NCBI GenBank assembly: GCA_049724395.1
Contig: JAUGWO010000059.1
Location: forward strand, 124,001-188,000
Origin: Spongospora subterranea f. sp. subterranea
Taxonomy: Eukaryota
Direction of reading: 5' to 3'
Length of the DNA: 64,000 nucleotides
The notes under the pieces were generated by a model that worked only from the letters and a program-made list of their open reading frames with translations, did not search any database and had not been told where the DNA came from. Positions 25,236 through 39,113 of this stretch are shown one piece after another; the first letter of the stretch is position 1, and every line of letters begins with the position of its first letter. Position numbers and translations under genes: made by a program.

Positions 25236-27082
25236 ATGTATATCCTGTTGCCAATCCTGCTGGCGATCGTGTCGAGGACCCGATCTGACCCGGTCCCGGT
25301 CCAGGTCGATCAGGATTGGGCCTACACCCCTCTCCCTGATATGTACGAGAACTGTGAGACCCTTCGCCCTGGATTCAACATCTGGTGGTCCCTGGATTCG
25401 CCCTCGTCCACGATCTGGTTCGCCATGGAATCGGATCACATTGGCCCAAATAACTACATGGGATTCGGTCTGTCAAATACGCCAGATGAGCTGGAGATGG
25501 TGAAATCAGACTGTACGATCGCGTCCATGGCTAGCGCCATACCGTCGGCTGTAGATTACTATCTACAGGATCCCAGTCCCTGTCACGAAGGGCGACGATC
25601 GGGCGTCTGTCCAGATCGGGTGTTTGCTGATGGGCGCGACGATGTTGGACAGGTTTATGGCGCACAATACGCCACCGATCATGGATTGGCGACCGTTATT
25701 CACTATTCCAGGTCGGTTGACGATAGCGCCAGATTGGTTGTTGTAGTTGAGCGAGGGTCTGGTCAGGCCAATCACCACGACAGATCGGGTGACCGATACC
25801 CAGTTCATTGTCGATCAAGGGAGATCGCAATCGGTGGTGTGGGCGTTAGGGTCGGTGGACCCGACAACCCGATACCCGATTGGCCATCGTCATGTGCCGG
25901 ATAAGGTCACGATGATCGAGTTCGGGCGGAAGGGTCATAAACACAATTGCAAGGCGGTGGTGGAGTCCGGCGAGCTGAGAAGGAGACTGGTTAATAAACA
26001 TGGCGGGAAGCAGAACACGACGGGCGTCGACAAGAGCGAGAAGGGGAAGTCGTCGAGCGATGATTCGGCTGATGATGGCGATGATGATGATGATGATGAT
26101 GATGGGAAGGAAGTCAGCACGAAGACAAGCGATGACGACGATTCCGTCAAGAAATCGGATCGTCGCGACACATCCTACGACGACACCAAAAAAATCGGTG
26201 AGGTGAAAGAGAATATCGTGGTGAGTAAAGGGGATGAAGATCACTCTGATATATCAGTGATCAAGATCGACGGGCGAGTCGTTGACACTACGCCAAGCGA
26301 GGAGTCAACGGACCCGACGCCCACGACCAAACCGCATCCAAAGCGAGCCAAGAACGGCCATAAAAAGGGATCATATTCCACGACGAAGCCCGGCGATAAA
26401 GGGAAGCCAGCTCCCGGCGCCGGCAACGCCACCGTATCGCCCAGCTCAGGTGCGAAACCGCAATCGGGTAAAGCGGTGACGATCCCGATTCTTCATGGGA
26501 CGATGACAACCCCGTCTCCGCCCAAGACCGGGCCCGGCGGAGGTAGCGCCAGGCGATGGGTGACCAAACCGGTCTCCGATCAGCTCCTGATCTGGAGTAT
26601 TGGGCCATCGGGCACTCACAATCCCGACGTCGTCTACTACATTAACGAGCGCCCGTTGCCCGATCTGGTTCTGACACGGGGCGTAAACTACACGATCCAG
26701 ACCATGACGGTAATCCCGCGATCGTAGCGCCATGTTCTGTCGGCAAGATACTGATGATCTCCTATATCAGGGCACAAATCCACAGGATCCGCTCTATTAT
26801 CACCCGGTGCTGATCAAATCGCTCCCGACCAATGGGACCATCGCAGGGCCATCGAAAGGGCGATTGTGCCTGTGGACATCGGGATTGCGGCGCGATCAGG
26901 TTCCCGATCAGTTCAGCGAGTTCGCCAAATCCCTGAAGATATCGTGCGATCAAGGCAGTTTCGATTGGTTCAACTGGACCCCTGATCAAGGAACGCCCGA
27001 TCACTTGTTCTACGTCAGCGCCGTCGACCCGAATATCAGAGGGAAAATCACGATCGTCGACGCCAACACGATAACCAGATAA
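25236..27082 (+). CDS. Secreted DOMON-domain protein, Skeletor/Knickkopf-like C-terminus, acidic/Lys-rich linker; 2 introns
   Basis: Signal-like MYILLPILLAIV; NYMGFGLS...MVKSDCTIA, AVDYYL..PSPC...GVCPD, spliced YSRPITTTD...VVWALG...H; C-terminal YYIN..LPDLVLTRG, YHPVLI, GRLCLW, WTPDQGTPDHLFY...GKITIVD. Confidence 0.8.
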
Positions 27083-27120
27083 ACACGCAGAAAACTGGCC
27101 GTTAAATTAGACGATCTGTT

Positions 27121-28402
27121 CTATTGATTCGATTGCGATAGAATATCCGACAATCTTAGGCGAATAACGGGATCGTACCACGTTCCGAAAGCGAAACATT
27201 GTGAACCGCCACCGACAACCAATATCTCCGGATCCTGATCAGAGATATCGCGAATGACGCACGAATGGGCGATGAGTAGTGATATCGATCGAACACTGAA
27301 CGATATCAGAACCGGAGAGGCGACAACGGAGGCGCGATCAGAATACCTGATCGTGGTTTGGCGATTGACCGGTTTCCACGTCATCGTGGGCAGATGCAAT
27401 ACGGAAAACGGGACCGCATAGAGAGCGGTGGAGATTCCCCCGACAATCAGATAGTGATCGGCGACGACCAGGGCCCGGTGACCGTAGACAGCGGGAGGAG
27501 ATGGCCCTGGTAAATCCCCAATCGCTGACCATCGATTCGATCCTAATCGTCATCCGAAAAATCAGATTGGACGCGATTCGTTGATCTGTTTGTACCGATA
27601 TCGTATATGTAAAACGTCGAATCCGTCGCTCTAGAAGCCGATTTGAATGCCGTAATTCCTCCGAACATCAAGATCTGATCAGTTCGGGGATCGTACGTGA
27701 TTGTGTGCGAATGGCGTCCAGTTCCTGAAGGGGAACGATTCGGTTCGTGTTGTTGATCGCTGGTGAGACAGAGCCAGGACATGGTGTTGAGATCCAATCG
27801 CCACCTGTGGGACACGGGGGTCGGAGGGATTCGATCGACTGATTCCGAACTGCGATTGTACAAGTCGTTGAGCGTTGATCCGCGATCTGATAATCCTCCA
27901 TGGATGTAGATGAGTTGGCGGAGATGGTCATAGGCCATGGCGTGACGGAATCGAACTGGCGGACGAGATGATAAAGCGACAACAGATTGGACGGCGATGC
28001 TCCAGCAATATGTAATTAGATCCAGAATGTAGACATCCTGAGGGCAATTCGGCACTGATCAGAACAATCATGGAGAATACAGATGAGATTGAAGACCTGA
28101 ATAGGGGATGATGGATTGGTTCTTCCACCAATAAATACGATAACGGGACGATTATTGATGACGAGCTGTTGGGAGGAATGGTGCTGGCTGGGAGGAGGAG
28201 GTGTGCCAGAACAAGGGAGAACATCCCATCGCCCCGATCGCGACACAATACGGCAATAGACGATCGTGTTCACCCGCCGACCAGTACAGCCGTTGATGCA
28301 GATCAGGCGATCGCCGTCAACCAGGTGGGCGGTCGAGAACAGGCGACGGGGCGACGGGATAGGTTGACCACCCATGTCCATCTGACGATCACCATGATCC
28401 AT
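27121..28402 (-). CDS. Kelch beta-propeller resembling the wybutosine-pathway (TYW4/LCMT2) Kelch module, stand-alone
   Basis: PSPRRLFSTA, FIGGRTNPSSP, RFRHAM...IHGG, GRHSHT...MFGG; C-terminal VVGGGSQCFAFGTWYDP. Start may extend to ~28500. Confidence 0.7.
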
Positions 28403-29109
28403 GGACCGGCAGCGATCCCAGGCCGACTCTCCGTCCGTGTCCGGGTGGTGGTGGCGCTAATCAGTCACGTCCCATTATTCTGCCCAGTGTTACGTCCATG
28501 GGCCGTTTTCACAATTATTACCGGGTAACGCTAAGCGGCGTGCGCTAAATGAAACGTGTTGCGACTCCCACTGGAACCCCCAAAAACAATTAGCGCAAAC
28601 GGGAAAATGACCGGTTGGGCAACCAACGAATTCAATAAGAAAAGCAGAGAAGTTCTGGATAAGATTGTGCTGATAGGGGATTGCAGTCAAATTGGAGATA
28701 TATTCTAGATGAACACTGGTGATGGTCTGGAACAATCGTTCATGTTTGATCAGGCGCCGAGAGCCATGGTACTGGCCCGCTGGGGGGGGGAGGGCACAGG
28801 GCCAAATGTGAATGAACCTCTGGTGAAAGTTTATCAGTCGTTCTGTGTTGGGGACAGTGGCGGTTGTGACCGTCGGTTTAATCGAACTTGACTACGTACT
28901 GAGACCTTGACCAACTGGGTTTGACATCTCGTTATACGGCCATCATACCTGATTCAGGTTATCCAATCACAATTGTTATTCCTGTCCATCCCCCACCCAC
29001 ACCACAAATCGAGATATTCGCTCTGTTAACGCCATCGTGGAGCACACGACCCCTGGGACCCTAGATTCTGACGGGCGATTCCCTTGGCTCTTTTCTGGTA
29101 CTCGACGGG

Positions 29110-31057
29110 ATGTTCATCGCCGTCGTCGTCGTCGTGTGTATTGCTCTATACGCCCAATACCTTCGGCGACAATATGCCCAGAATGCGACACTTCCGCCAG
29201 CAATTGGCATCTACCTTCCCTGGATAGGTACTCCACCAATCCACACCATTTCATCCATTGACCTCGGCCGCCGCCAGGATGTGCTCCATCCTTCGCCATC
29301 AACCCATCCCAGTTCCTGGCGAATCTGAATAAAACCCATGGCGAAGTATTCACGATATATTTCGCTGGCCGATTCATGACCGTCGTCAATCGCCCATCAT
29401 TTCAGCCGCTTTTCTACAGATCCCTGGACTTCTATGCGGCTCTGAAAACCGTTCAGGTTGAAGAAGTATTGGGCCAGGTCGCCCTGGAATTCAAAGCCGA
29501 AGACATGATGAGGGTCATGAGGAAAAGGTAGTGTCCGATCCCATCTCGTTTTTTCGACAGTTCAATCCTATCGCCAACAGGTTATCGCCACGATTCCAGG
29601 ATATGGCGTCCCTGATTGAGGACGAGATGCGTTACGCCCTATCGCTCGAAGCGCTTCATCGTCACGAGAAAGTTCACGACATATTCCCCGTGTTCATGCG
29701 CGTCCTTCTGTGCATGAACTCGATGCTTTTGGTCGGGAAACGCCTTTCCCGCCATCATGTATTTCAGAAACTCTTTTATGACATGTACTGGGCGGCGAAA
29801 ATGGTGATTTCCAGGCCAGGAATATTGGGGTATTTCCACAAAAGAAAAACCGATCAGGTATCCCCAGCTCTAACAGATTCCATTCGATGTCGTTAGAAAA
29901 ACATGTGCTCGACAGATACGCGCCCAGATCCTCGATTTGATCAAGGACGAGATTTCCTTTTTGAGGAGCGACACGTCGTGGCTTGATAACGAGGAGGACA
30001 ACAACCAGAGTTTTCTCCAGGATCTTATGCGATCGTTCGGTAATGACGCCGAGTGGACTGATGACCACTTTGCTGCAAAACTCTTCGGGATGCTGTACGC
30101 GACGGTACATGACCTCATTAACCTCCCCCCGTTTGTATCTCGTTGCTGATCGGGATCGCAGGCGGCCAATACACCAATGGTTGCCACCAATACCTTGCTC
30201 TTCGTGTTGCTCGACGGCGAGGTTCGGGAGAAAGTGCAAGAAGAGGTCATCAAAGCGTTCAGGATCGGAGGCGGTCGGCTTTCATCAGCAGCCAGTACGA
30301 TATTGGCATAACTGGGGGAAATGGGTTTTTCGCCTGATATAAATGGTGGTACAGTCAACACGATGACGCTGCTAGGATGGTCGATTGAGGAATCGCTACG
30401 CCATCTGCCGATCCCGGTGCAAATCCGATTGACCACCGCCCCGACGCCAATACCCGGGACCGACTACATCATCCCCGCCGATCGAGCCGTCGCCATCGTT
30501 CCCGCCGTCTTCCACAACGACCCGGTCGTATTCCCAGACCCCGAACGATTCAAACCCGATCGGTTCAAAGAGAAGGAAGTTGCCGAGCTGAAACGAACCG
30601 GATCGAGCCATGTAAGTTATGACCAAATGGAATTGTCAACAACTTGCTGTCGATAATCCGTTGAACAGTTCATCACACCCATTGTTGTGAAAGCTATTCA
30701 GACTCGGCGACGAAGCACTCCACAGGAACCCAAGATCTTGTCGTGGGGCAAAGGAACCCATAAGTGCCTTGGACAGGAGCTGGCGTACCTAGAGATTCGT
30801 ATGCTGTTGGGATACCTTCTGCAGAACTACAGGGTCAACCTAGATCGCGACAACATGCCCAATACCGATATCGATTATCTCACTACTGGAGTCTCCATGT
30901 TCACGAATAGGTAGGGCGATGGGGAAAATCACGTTTGACAAGAACCGGTATTTATTTGTCGTGTAGATCTGTCCTTCTCAAGAACAAAGAAGACCTGTCC
31001 CTGAGCAAGATGGTATGGTTGATGGATAACGCAAATCAACATTCGTTTTTAACATGA
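29110..31057 (+). CDS. Cytochrome P450, CYP7/8/39-like, multi-exon
   Basis: N-terminal anchor, LPP...LPWIG, HGEVFTIYFAG, spliced I-helix GMLYATAANT, EESLR (ExxR), DPERFKPDRF, heme motif SWGKGTHKCLG. 3' end approximate. Confidence 0.92.
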
Positions 31058-34000
31058 CGATAACTGACAGGCATTCCGACAGCATGTAATTAGAAGACAT
31101 GCGTCGGAAATTCCAGAAGATATGGTGCTGGTCAAGCATGGATCAAGTGAGGATTTACTTGAAAAATCTCCTAAACGACGTCTACGAAGAATTTCGACAA
31201 ACCGCAGCTGATTACAACTGGTCGGAAAGGTGTGATAATAAAAACAGCCTAATATATACAATATTGTACAAAATTTAACCGACGACCCGAACCTCCGCGC
31301 GCATCGTATCGTTGGATGGTGAAAAGTCGATCCGGTCAACGCCGTTCATTTCGTTGAGTGAGTTTTGGACCACAAGCATTCATGCCAAACCCGATGTTTT
31401 GCGAGATAAATCACCTGTCTTCATCATAAAATCGGGTCTTGAGTCGTTCTAGAAGGTCATCGTATTGACCTAGATACCACATATATAGCAATTCTGAAAC
31501 AGCTTAATTAAAGGGGACAATATAAACGAATGAACCATGATACCTTGAGGGTTTAACATCACCGAATGACGTTTATCAAGCACCAATTGATTGCCTGTAA
31601 AAAATGAAGCTTGTTCAATACCTAGTTGTAATTAAACAGCAGGTAGCCTACCTTGCACGGTATGAAATTCAGGAAAAAATTTTGGTACAATGACCCGAGA
31701 AAGCAATTTCAATGGTTGCCCTTTATGCAACTGGATGCTACTATGGGCGAGATCGACAGGCGGAGTGGCTGGAGAGATTTTGTCGTCTGAAGCCATGACA
31801 GTGTCCGGAACCGGAAGCCGTGGAACTTCTGCATCCTGGATTGCGACAAAATGGCTTTCGACACAGGTCATCTGCTCTGAAGAATCCTGTGTCGCATTGA
31901 TGTTGTTCTCAGCAACAATTTCAGTTTTTGGGCGAAGTAAGGACAATCTTTGTATTGCGGTGTCAACTAAGTTTTTAGGCCTAAAATCCGCATTAAACAT
32001 ACTTCACAATACTCAAATCATGTGATACCTTCCAAATCCTCTTATGAAACGATCCAGTTGGTCAGCAGACGCGATGCTAAGAGCTTTTTGTTGCAATTCA
32101 ACAGGAGCATACCCGTCTTTTTCTCAGTGTAAGATATACATTGTAACATAATAACAACCCGCTATACCTAACAACATATCTATATGTTGTTCTTGAATGT
32201 TGACAGAGTGGACACCCATTAAAGCTGATGATGCAAAAGAAAATCGGGGCAACCCCACTCGATAACAAGAGGAAAACCGATTCGAGTAGCCATTCCGGAA
32301 TGTTGGATGCTGAACATCGAATTAACAAAACCTGAACGCGGGATTGCGAAGCTAGACATGTTGATACCTGTTGGGTACTGTTGGATGGCAATGAGGACTG
32401 CATCATAGATAGTTGAACCACAGGCAGGGTCATTCAACAAGCACGTTGCGGTATGAGTTCGCTGCAGGATATTTGAGTAAACAAAGTGCACGAACTCTTC
32501 AACGTTGTTATTATGAGCGCCAAGGAACGAAATGTACTGGGATAACGTGACAGGACAAGTTTCAACCTTGCGTGGAGATAAATTAAGAAACGAACTGCAG
32601 TGAAGACAAAGCATACCATAGCCGCGGACCGCAAATATGGTACACCGAATTCCGCAATAGAGCCATGATCGAGAAAATCCAATGCATCGCCACTGCTTGC
32701 CCCAACGACTGATAGCAAACCGTTATTAAAACACAATTAGACAGGGACAGAGCCATACGTGCAATCTGCAAAACCAATCGTGCTTGTTGGCGACAGGAAG
32801 GGGACTGATCGGATAATACGTGAAGAAACAATGTAATCAACGCCACGGTTTCAGTCGGACTGGACGAAGGAGCATACGATGAACAGCACCTGCATACTCT
32901 CGATATGCAAAAGTTTGGAGTTGACGAGCCTAACTGCACATAATGTCGGTTTAATAGTTGAACGGACGTGACAAAGTTTTCCTATTACATGCAACATAAT
33001 CCGGCCATGAATTAGCACGGGAATCGATTGTTGTCTGACGGGTGATTCAACTAGAAGAGGGAGAAGCCACCTGCACAACAAATCCGGGCGTTGAGATTCA
33101 CTAACTACTAAGGCCAGGGCGAACTGAGTATCTCCTGAAATAATCTATCGAAACATTGAGAACAAGTAGATATGATTAGTTGAAGCAAAATGCGGATACT
33201 TTGTCGTAAAGATTGTACGAAAGAGCGGATTGCCGAAGTGTTCCAATAACTTGTTCAGGAAACGGCCGCACGACGTTCAGGTGCTGGTCTAGCACAGAAC
33301 TTTGTACTGACGGTGAAACGGGTATCAAGTCCCTTTGAAACAGAATGTTAGCGTAAACAGAGGAAGACAATCACATAAAGGAGTACCATTGTTGTAATAG
33401 GATTGCATCAATCACCGACGATACATTACCGATGTGTTTATATGCAAATACTCCAAGTGAGGCGGGCCATATGGCACATAACAAGGTCACAAGTGACACT
33501 GCTTTCCAAAATATATTCTGAGACATCTCTAGAAAATCATAAGTATAAGCATGGCTTATGAAGGGTTCAGATTAACCTGAATATGGTTCTACTATCAACG
33601 ACAACTGCATAGCCGCCTCACAGATAGAACGAGCAAGCTCGTTATTGCAATCCGTATTGATAGAGACGGATAGGGCACGAATAGCAATGAATTCAAGAAT
33701 CTCGAATGCGTCAGACGCTTGACAAAACGACAATCAGCCCAAACCTCAGTGTAAACGAATATCGCATGCCTGAGAGTCTTTTGGAGATCAAAGACAGCGC
33801 AAGGATGTGTAGAATGGTCTCGGGATAAACCGGGACGGCGAGCTCGTTTGCTGCTGATGAAACTGACAAAAGGACCTTGATCGGCAGAGACAGCTCATCG
33901 GGCAACTACCAAACAACCTCAGTTCCCGGTGAGGACCCAAGCTAATAGTAGTACACACTTTAGGTGAATTTTCTGTGCACTGTTGATTCATATATCGAAG

Positions 34001-35500
34001 AGCCTCCACGTGAAAGAAAGCTCCTTTGATGCTACCCGATGAGATCCCCAGGAAAGACGCCATTGACAATACAGGAAAATTGGCTAAGTGAGCCAGCGAT
34101 CTGTAAAATCTAAGCTACAAGCTCAACCGAACTTGGTATTTAGGCTAACATTAAACTTAGTGGGAATGAAGGAAGGGCAACATATGGATTCTCCAAATTT
34201 GGGTTGTTGACTGTCCAGTGCAAGATCACGCGAATACGTAACGCCCTGCGAGCACCAACAGCCGATGTGTCATCAAGATATTTGACGCAAACCTAACAGA
34301 CTTGGTTATGGTAAGAAATCGAACAAAATCTTTTGAACAAACTTTGGGCAGGAGGGAAGCCGTCAATTCACGATTACAGAATACCGCATTATATGTCACT
34401 GGATGAGAAGTGGCGCTAATTTTATCTTGAGTGAAAATAAAATCAAGGGCGGCCTGAAAAAGCCTAGGCTGGGATAACAGCTTGATCAGATGCGGGGATG
34501 AAAATTGAAGGGAAAGCAAGCCGTGAAAAAGAGAGATGTCAGCGTGAAGAGCAACCCATTCACACAGACGAGAAGTCAAGTGTATAACACTATCCGACAT
34601 CGTAGAATTAGAGGTCAAAGTCGAAAGAATACGAATCGCTTCTTGGCGGCAGTCAGAAAGCGATGAAGCTTCAGCAAGTAGTGACAACACAGGCACATTT
34701 GTTGCATTGGAAGATGCAATGCGACTTAGCAGATAGGCACTAAGCTAAAAAAACGATTAACATAGCACAAGCAAAAGTATGAACAGTGAAACCTGATGTT
34801 GAATACTGGCCGATTGATGGGCGCCTACAACGTTCCCACTTTCTTGCAACATTTCTTCCTCCTCCTCCTCCGCTAAAACAGTCGATTCGGCTGGAGAAGG
34901 AGCACAACAAAACAGCTGCAGTTTCGATACTACAATGCTGATTGACATGCGGCATCCCAGAAGACGAACCAAGCGAAGATACCTAAAGCTAATGTAGATG
35001 AGCAAGTAATCCACTGCGATGCAACGTCTTTTAGCATTGAATCAACATAAAACTCGTACAGAATCAGAGGCAGTTCATCAGGAAATATCTGAAATAAACT
35101 TCAGGGAAGCCGGTTCTCAACAAACCAATCAATCTACCTGCACTATTACTTCGCTGATAAGCTCAAGAATATGGCGGGGAGCAAAATCTGAGAAAAACTG
35201 AATCATGCTCCGCAGAGCTGCGTCCCCTCGCAAAAGGTCTGGGAACTTCTTCACAATGATAGCAATCGCAATAAACAAATCATTGCGTTTTGGATCATGT
35301 CTGATACCAAGAAGAATTTCACGAGCTTCATCGGAGGTCAATGGGGTTACTGAGTCCAAATACTCAACTCCAGACCGACTAGCAGGAGAACCGGGGAAGT
35401 TTCCATATTTTTGATTCGCAAATGTTCCTGGAGTTGTCGCTACGTCCGATTGAGCGCGGGCACGTTTGATGCCTAAATAGTCAACACAAATTGCTGAATA
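31049..35500 (-). CDS. Large multi-exon helical-repeat protein, weak resemblance to Integrator subunit 1
   Basis: Long run of Leu-rich minus-strand exons with short introns. Segments PKRNDLFIAIAIIVKKFPDLL, LPLILYEFYVDSM..QW and AIRILSTLT..RLCEW recall the INTS1 N-terminus from memory only. Confidence 0.45.
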
Positions 35501-36105
35501 CGCCGGAAATAAGAAGTAAACGCTAATTGACGAATACGGGGTGGTAAAATCGTAGGTCCACGAGCCCTTTTTGAAGACATCACCACTGTGATAGTGCGCA
35601 GTTTGATGACGGTTGGAGGAGGGTAGTGCACCAAGCAAAATGGGTAGGATTGGGTTGAGAATTGATATCGTGTATAATGTGTTGCGTATCCAACCAGGAC
35701 GATATGATAATGAACTCATCGTGTATCTGTGGACACGAGGAAATGGGCAGTGGACCGTTGGACGTCCGAAATACTCCGTAACGAACAATGGTGACCACCC
35801 TTGCTCACCTTACACCCCGTGATATGTACACAGGCTGCGTTGCCGGCTGTTTTCACCCCCCCAAGGGCCCAAGGGCAACAAGAGCGCCCGCGGGACTTGA
35901 TCCGTCAGGCGCTTCTTCAGATTATGGTTTGCGAACCGTGAGATTCACAATCGCTTCTCAGATATTCGAATGCGGGCTATATCTCTTACCTCTACCAATA
36001 AAAGTTACACCTTTCTAGACAGGTCTGGTTTGTATACGCGCCCGGCTGACTGAGCGCAGCATAAGCCAAACAATGATCGTTCGACGTTTGTAGAAATTGG
36101 TTGAT

Positions 36106-36633
36106 TCAAATGGGATGGGCTTTATGAATTCTAGTCCATACTAATTTAGAGGCTGGCGACGGCACCGCCTTCGCGAATGATCTTTCAGGGTGTGCTTGTT
36201 TCGTGCCCGGGACTTCACTTTGCTGATTGGCGTCGGCGATGGCCGCAGCCTCAGCCTTCTTCGTCATGTGGGATTGATAAAGGTTAGAGACCTGGATCGT
36301 GCGAATGAGTTCTTCCGGTGTTGGGGAGGGAATCTTGCCCCATTCTGACAATACAAAATCAGTTAATTCGATGTCCCATGCCAACACAGGACGAGGTTTT
36401 TTCTTGTTTCTGCGTTTTTCCCATGTCAGATCGAATACCCCCAATGTCTTCTCCAAGAACCAGTAAGTGGCACCCCTCGTTGGTTTCAGCACCACCATCG
36501 GCACTTGCAACTTATGGTGAATAACTTTACAGACGACGTGCAAAGGAGGCCATGAATGATGGCGCCGGCATGCATTCAGGAATACTAGACTGTAATGATG
36601 GAGGATATCGGCAGAAACCTGAGCCCGGCCCAT
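36106..36633 (-). CDS. Hypothetical protein (175 aa ORF)
   Basis: ATG-started open frame, no recognised motif. Confidence 0.4.
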   Translation of the reverse strand: MGRAQVSADILHHYSLVFLNACRRHHSWPPLHVVCKVIHHKLQVPMVVLKPTRGATYWFLEKTLGVFDLTWEKRRNKKKPRPVLAWDIELTDFVLSEWGKIPSPTPEELIRTIQVSNLYQSHMTKKAEAAAIADANQQSEVPGTKQAHPERSFAKAVPSPASKLVWTRIHKAHPI

Positions 36634-36789
36634 GTCCAGCCGGTTAGAACGTTGTTAGAAAAACCGAGATAGCGCCGCAACTCCGTCAGGTCCTGGCAAA
36701 AAATCTCGCCATTCACAAGAATAAACCATCCATTATTCATTCTTGACCTCAAGAACTCAGTACATTATAAATAATTTAATCTATTATAA

Positions 36790-37804
36790 TTATAGTTCTA
36801 ATTGCGTATACAGATCGATATCGCCTGATGATTCGTGCTTGAATAACGGGGACAACAACGTGTAATGAGTACAGTTTGGTGCTTCGTCCTCCTCGAACAG
36901 ATGGAGACGCTGGATCTGTTCGTCAAGGTCGGATGTATGGGGCAACTTCCTGAACGTGAATCGCAACGAGCCCGATACGCCGGTCTCATCGTTCACCTCA
37001 ACCTGGCACTTCAATTCACCATCACTGTCGAAATCGCCTTTTGGATACGGTATGACAGGTATAACGACCTCTTTTAGCCCACAAAAGAAATCAAAATCTC
37101 TGAACGGAAATGAGAATCGAACTGAAGCGATTATGTTGGACTGACCTGTGTAGATCATTTCCTGCGAACCTGACTGATGTTTTTTCAGCGCAAAGAGGCT
37201 CGGGAGATTGGATTACGGCGCGAGGTAATAACTGATTACTGGGCCAAGACCCGATGTCAGCCGAATCGGGGCAGATGCGCCATTGCCTTCTTCTCTTCTC
37301 CACGTCACCGGGCACTACCGGCTCGTTATCCGCCTTGATAGATGGCCGCTTTTTGGAAAATATTATCTGAGACCTTTTCATACAGGATGGCTTGGTGCAA
37401 GACTCCAACAGAACAGGATGAACTTTGCGTCGACAGCAACGACATTTTACGAACTCAACAAGAGGCCCAATTGTGTCAGGTAATGATGATAAATGTTTCG
37501 GCCACATCGAGAGAGCTATCTCAGCTTGACGTTTGTCCTTGAACACCAAAAGGCCGTCATTTCCGTCTTTCTTGTCAATCGCAAAGAACCTTAAATCAAG
37601 TGTCACTGATGCATGCTCGACACGTATCAACCTTTTCCTCGGAGTGAACGGCGTCTCGGACGATCTGCATAGAACAATTCTCGAGCTATCGACTTGAAAG
37701 CTGTGGCAATATGCGCAAACTCGCGCAGACGAGCCAACTAAACTATCACAAGCTTCAGGATTGAAAAATTCCCCACCGCATCTTATAGTAGAGGCAGCTG
37801 CCAT
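36790..37804 (-). CDS. Hypothetical Cys-containing protein (two overlapping frames, probable intron near 37170-37215)
   Basis: 237 aa and 122 aa ORFs on the same strand; CxxC pairs; no family recognised. Confidence 0.45.
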
Positions 37805-38537
37805 TGCCTAATTGCATAAGACAGCGCTGGTCCTGGTCGAATGTTCTAAAACCTGACTGGTCATCAGTATCAGTGGCGCAACTCGGAATCAAATCAGCGG
37901 TCAAGGAGAGGTGAAGACGTCAAGAAGCGCGGAGCCGGGCCGCTGACATGCGCACATTATTTTGTAAGACCGTAGAACACGTTACACAGAATCTGCCAAA
38001 TGGCGCTCGCCACTGGTAGGTAGCATGACCTCTCCTGTAATAAAGCCACATCTACCGAGCTGCTTATACCGTGTGTGCCTCGACATAACCCAGCGTCCTC
38101 CACTCAACGCGTTATCCTGTGGAATCGTCGGACACTGCAAACCTAATAAACGATGTTAACTCTGAAGCTACCGCATGATCATGCATTGACGGTTGTTTAT
38201 TTTCGGAGCATGTTGTGCGGCTTACGAAATCCTTCACTCCAGCACTCTTCGTCTCTGTTTCTGTCTTCCGCTCATCTGGCGGTCACGTGGCGCCCCTCAT
38301 GATCGGGATCTAAGTGTTCAAGTTTTACAATTTGCAGAACGCGGGCTCTGGGGGATAGCTGGCGTTCTTCAATTCGGATTTGTAAAGAGGTTCCCGAATC
38401 TAGAAATCCGAGCTAGGTTATGATATACGCGATAAATCTGGCAATTCTGTCACTTCAAACACGCTGCAGCCAGGCGATTACATTCTCTATCATCAACTGG
38501 ACGTATTTCCTACTCCGGGAGCACCCGCTTTTCGTAT

Positions 38538-39113
38538 ATGCCTCCCAGAGGTCGTGCGGAGACAATAACACGCGGGCGATCGTTCCCAGGAGAACTTCGG
38601 GAAGAGTGTTTACGGCGCGATCGCGCTTGTGTTATCAACGGAGAGTCTAACCTACGTTTGATCGAAGCTTGCAATATAATTCCGCATGCTGCTTTCGGGC
38701 ATGAATTTACATTATTTCCTGAGCGTGTTCGAGATGTGCTACAAAGCATAGGCGGTATCGACTCAATAGGCAATCTTATACTTTTGGATAAGAACCTACA
38801 CGCTGGTTTCGGGGAGCGACATATGCAGTGGGCGATTCATGTCGACGAACAAGCAAATAGAGATCTGCATCGCGTTTTCCGAACTGTTGCTACGCATGAT
38901 GGTCCCGTTGGTTTTGCCAATCAAGTCAAGTTACCGGACGACAAGCAGAGTGGACCAGACACTGCAAGGGATTTGTGGCCAGATCTAACCCTGTTGCGAT
39001 TTCGACTCTAGTCGGCAATTTTCCAAAATTTCTCAGCTGCGGCTGAATTCAACGACTATTACGATGATGATGAATGTACTGCGTCTTTGGAATTTAGAGG
39101 CGATCCTGGATAA
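38538..39113 (+). pseudogene. HNH_2-type endonuclease (CRN/fungal-type), premature TAG
   Basis: LREECLRRDRACVING...IEACNIIP...GGIDSIGNLILLDKNLH..F, WPDLTLLRFRL*SAIFQNFSAAAEFNDYYDDD; the frame continues past TAG at 39009-39011. Confidence 0.75.
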
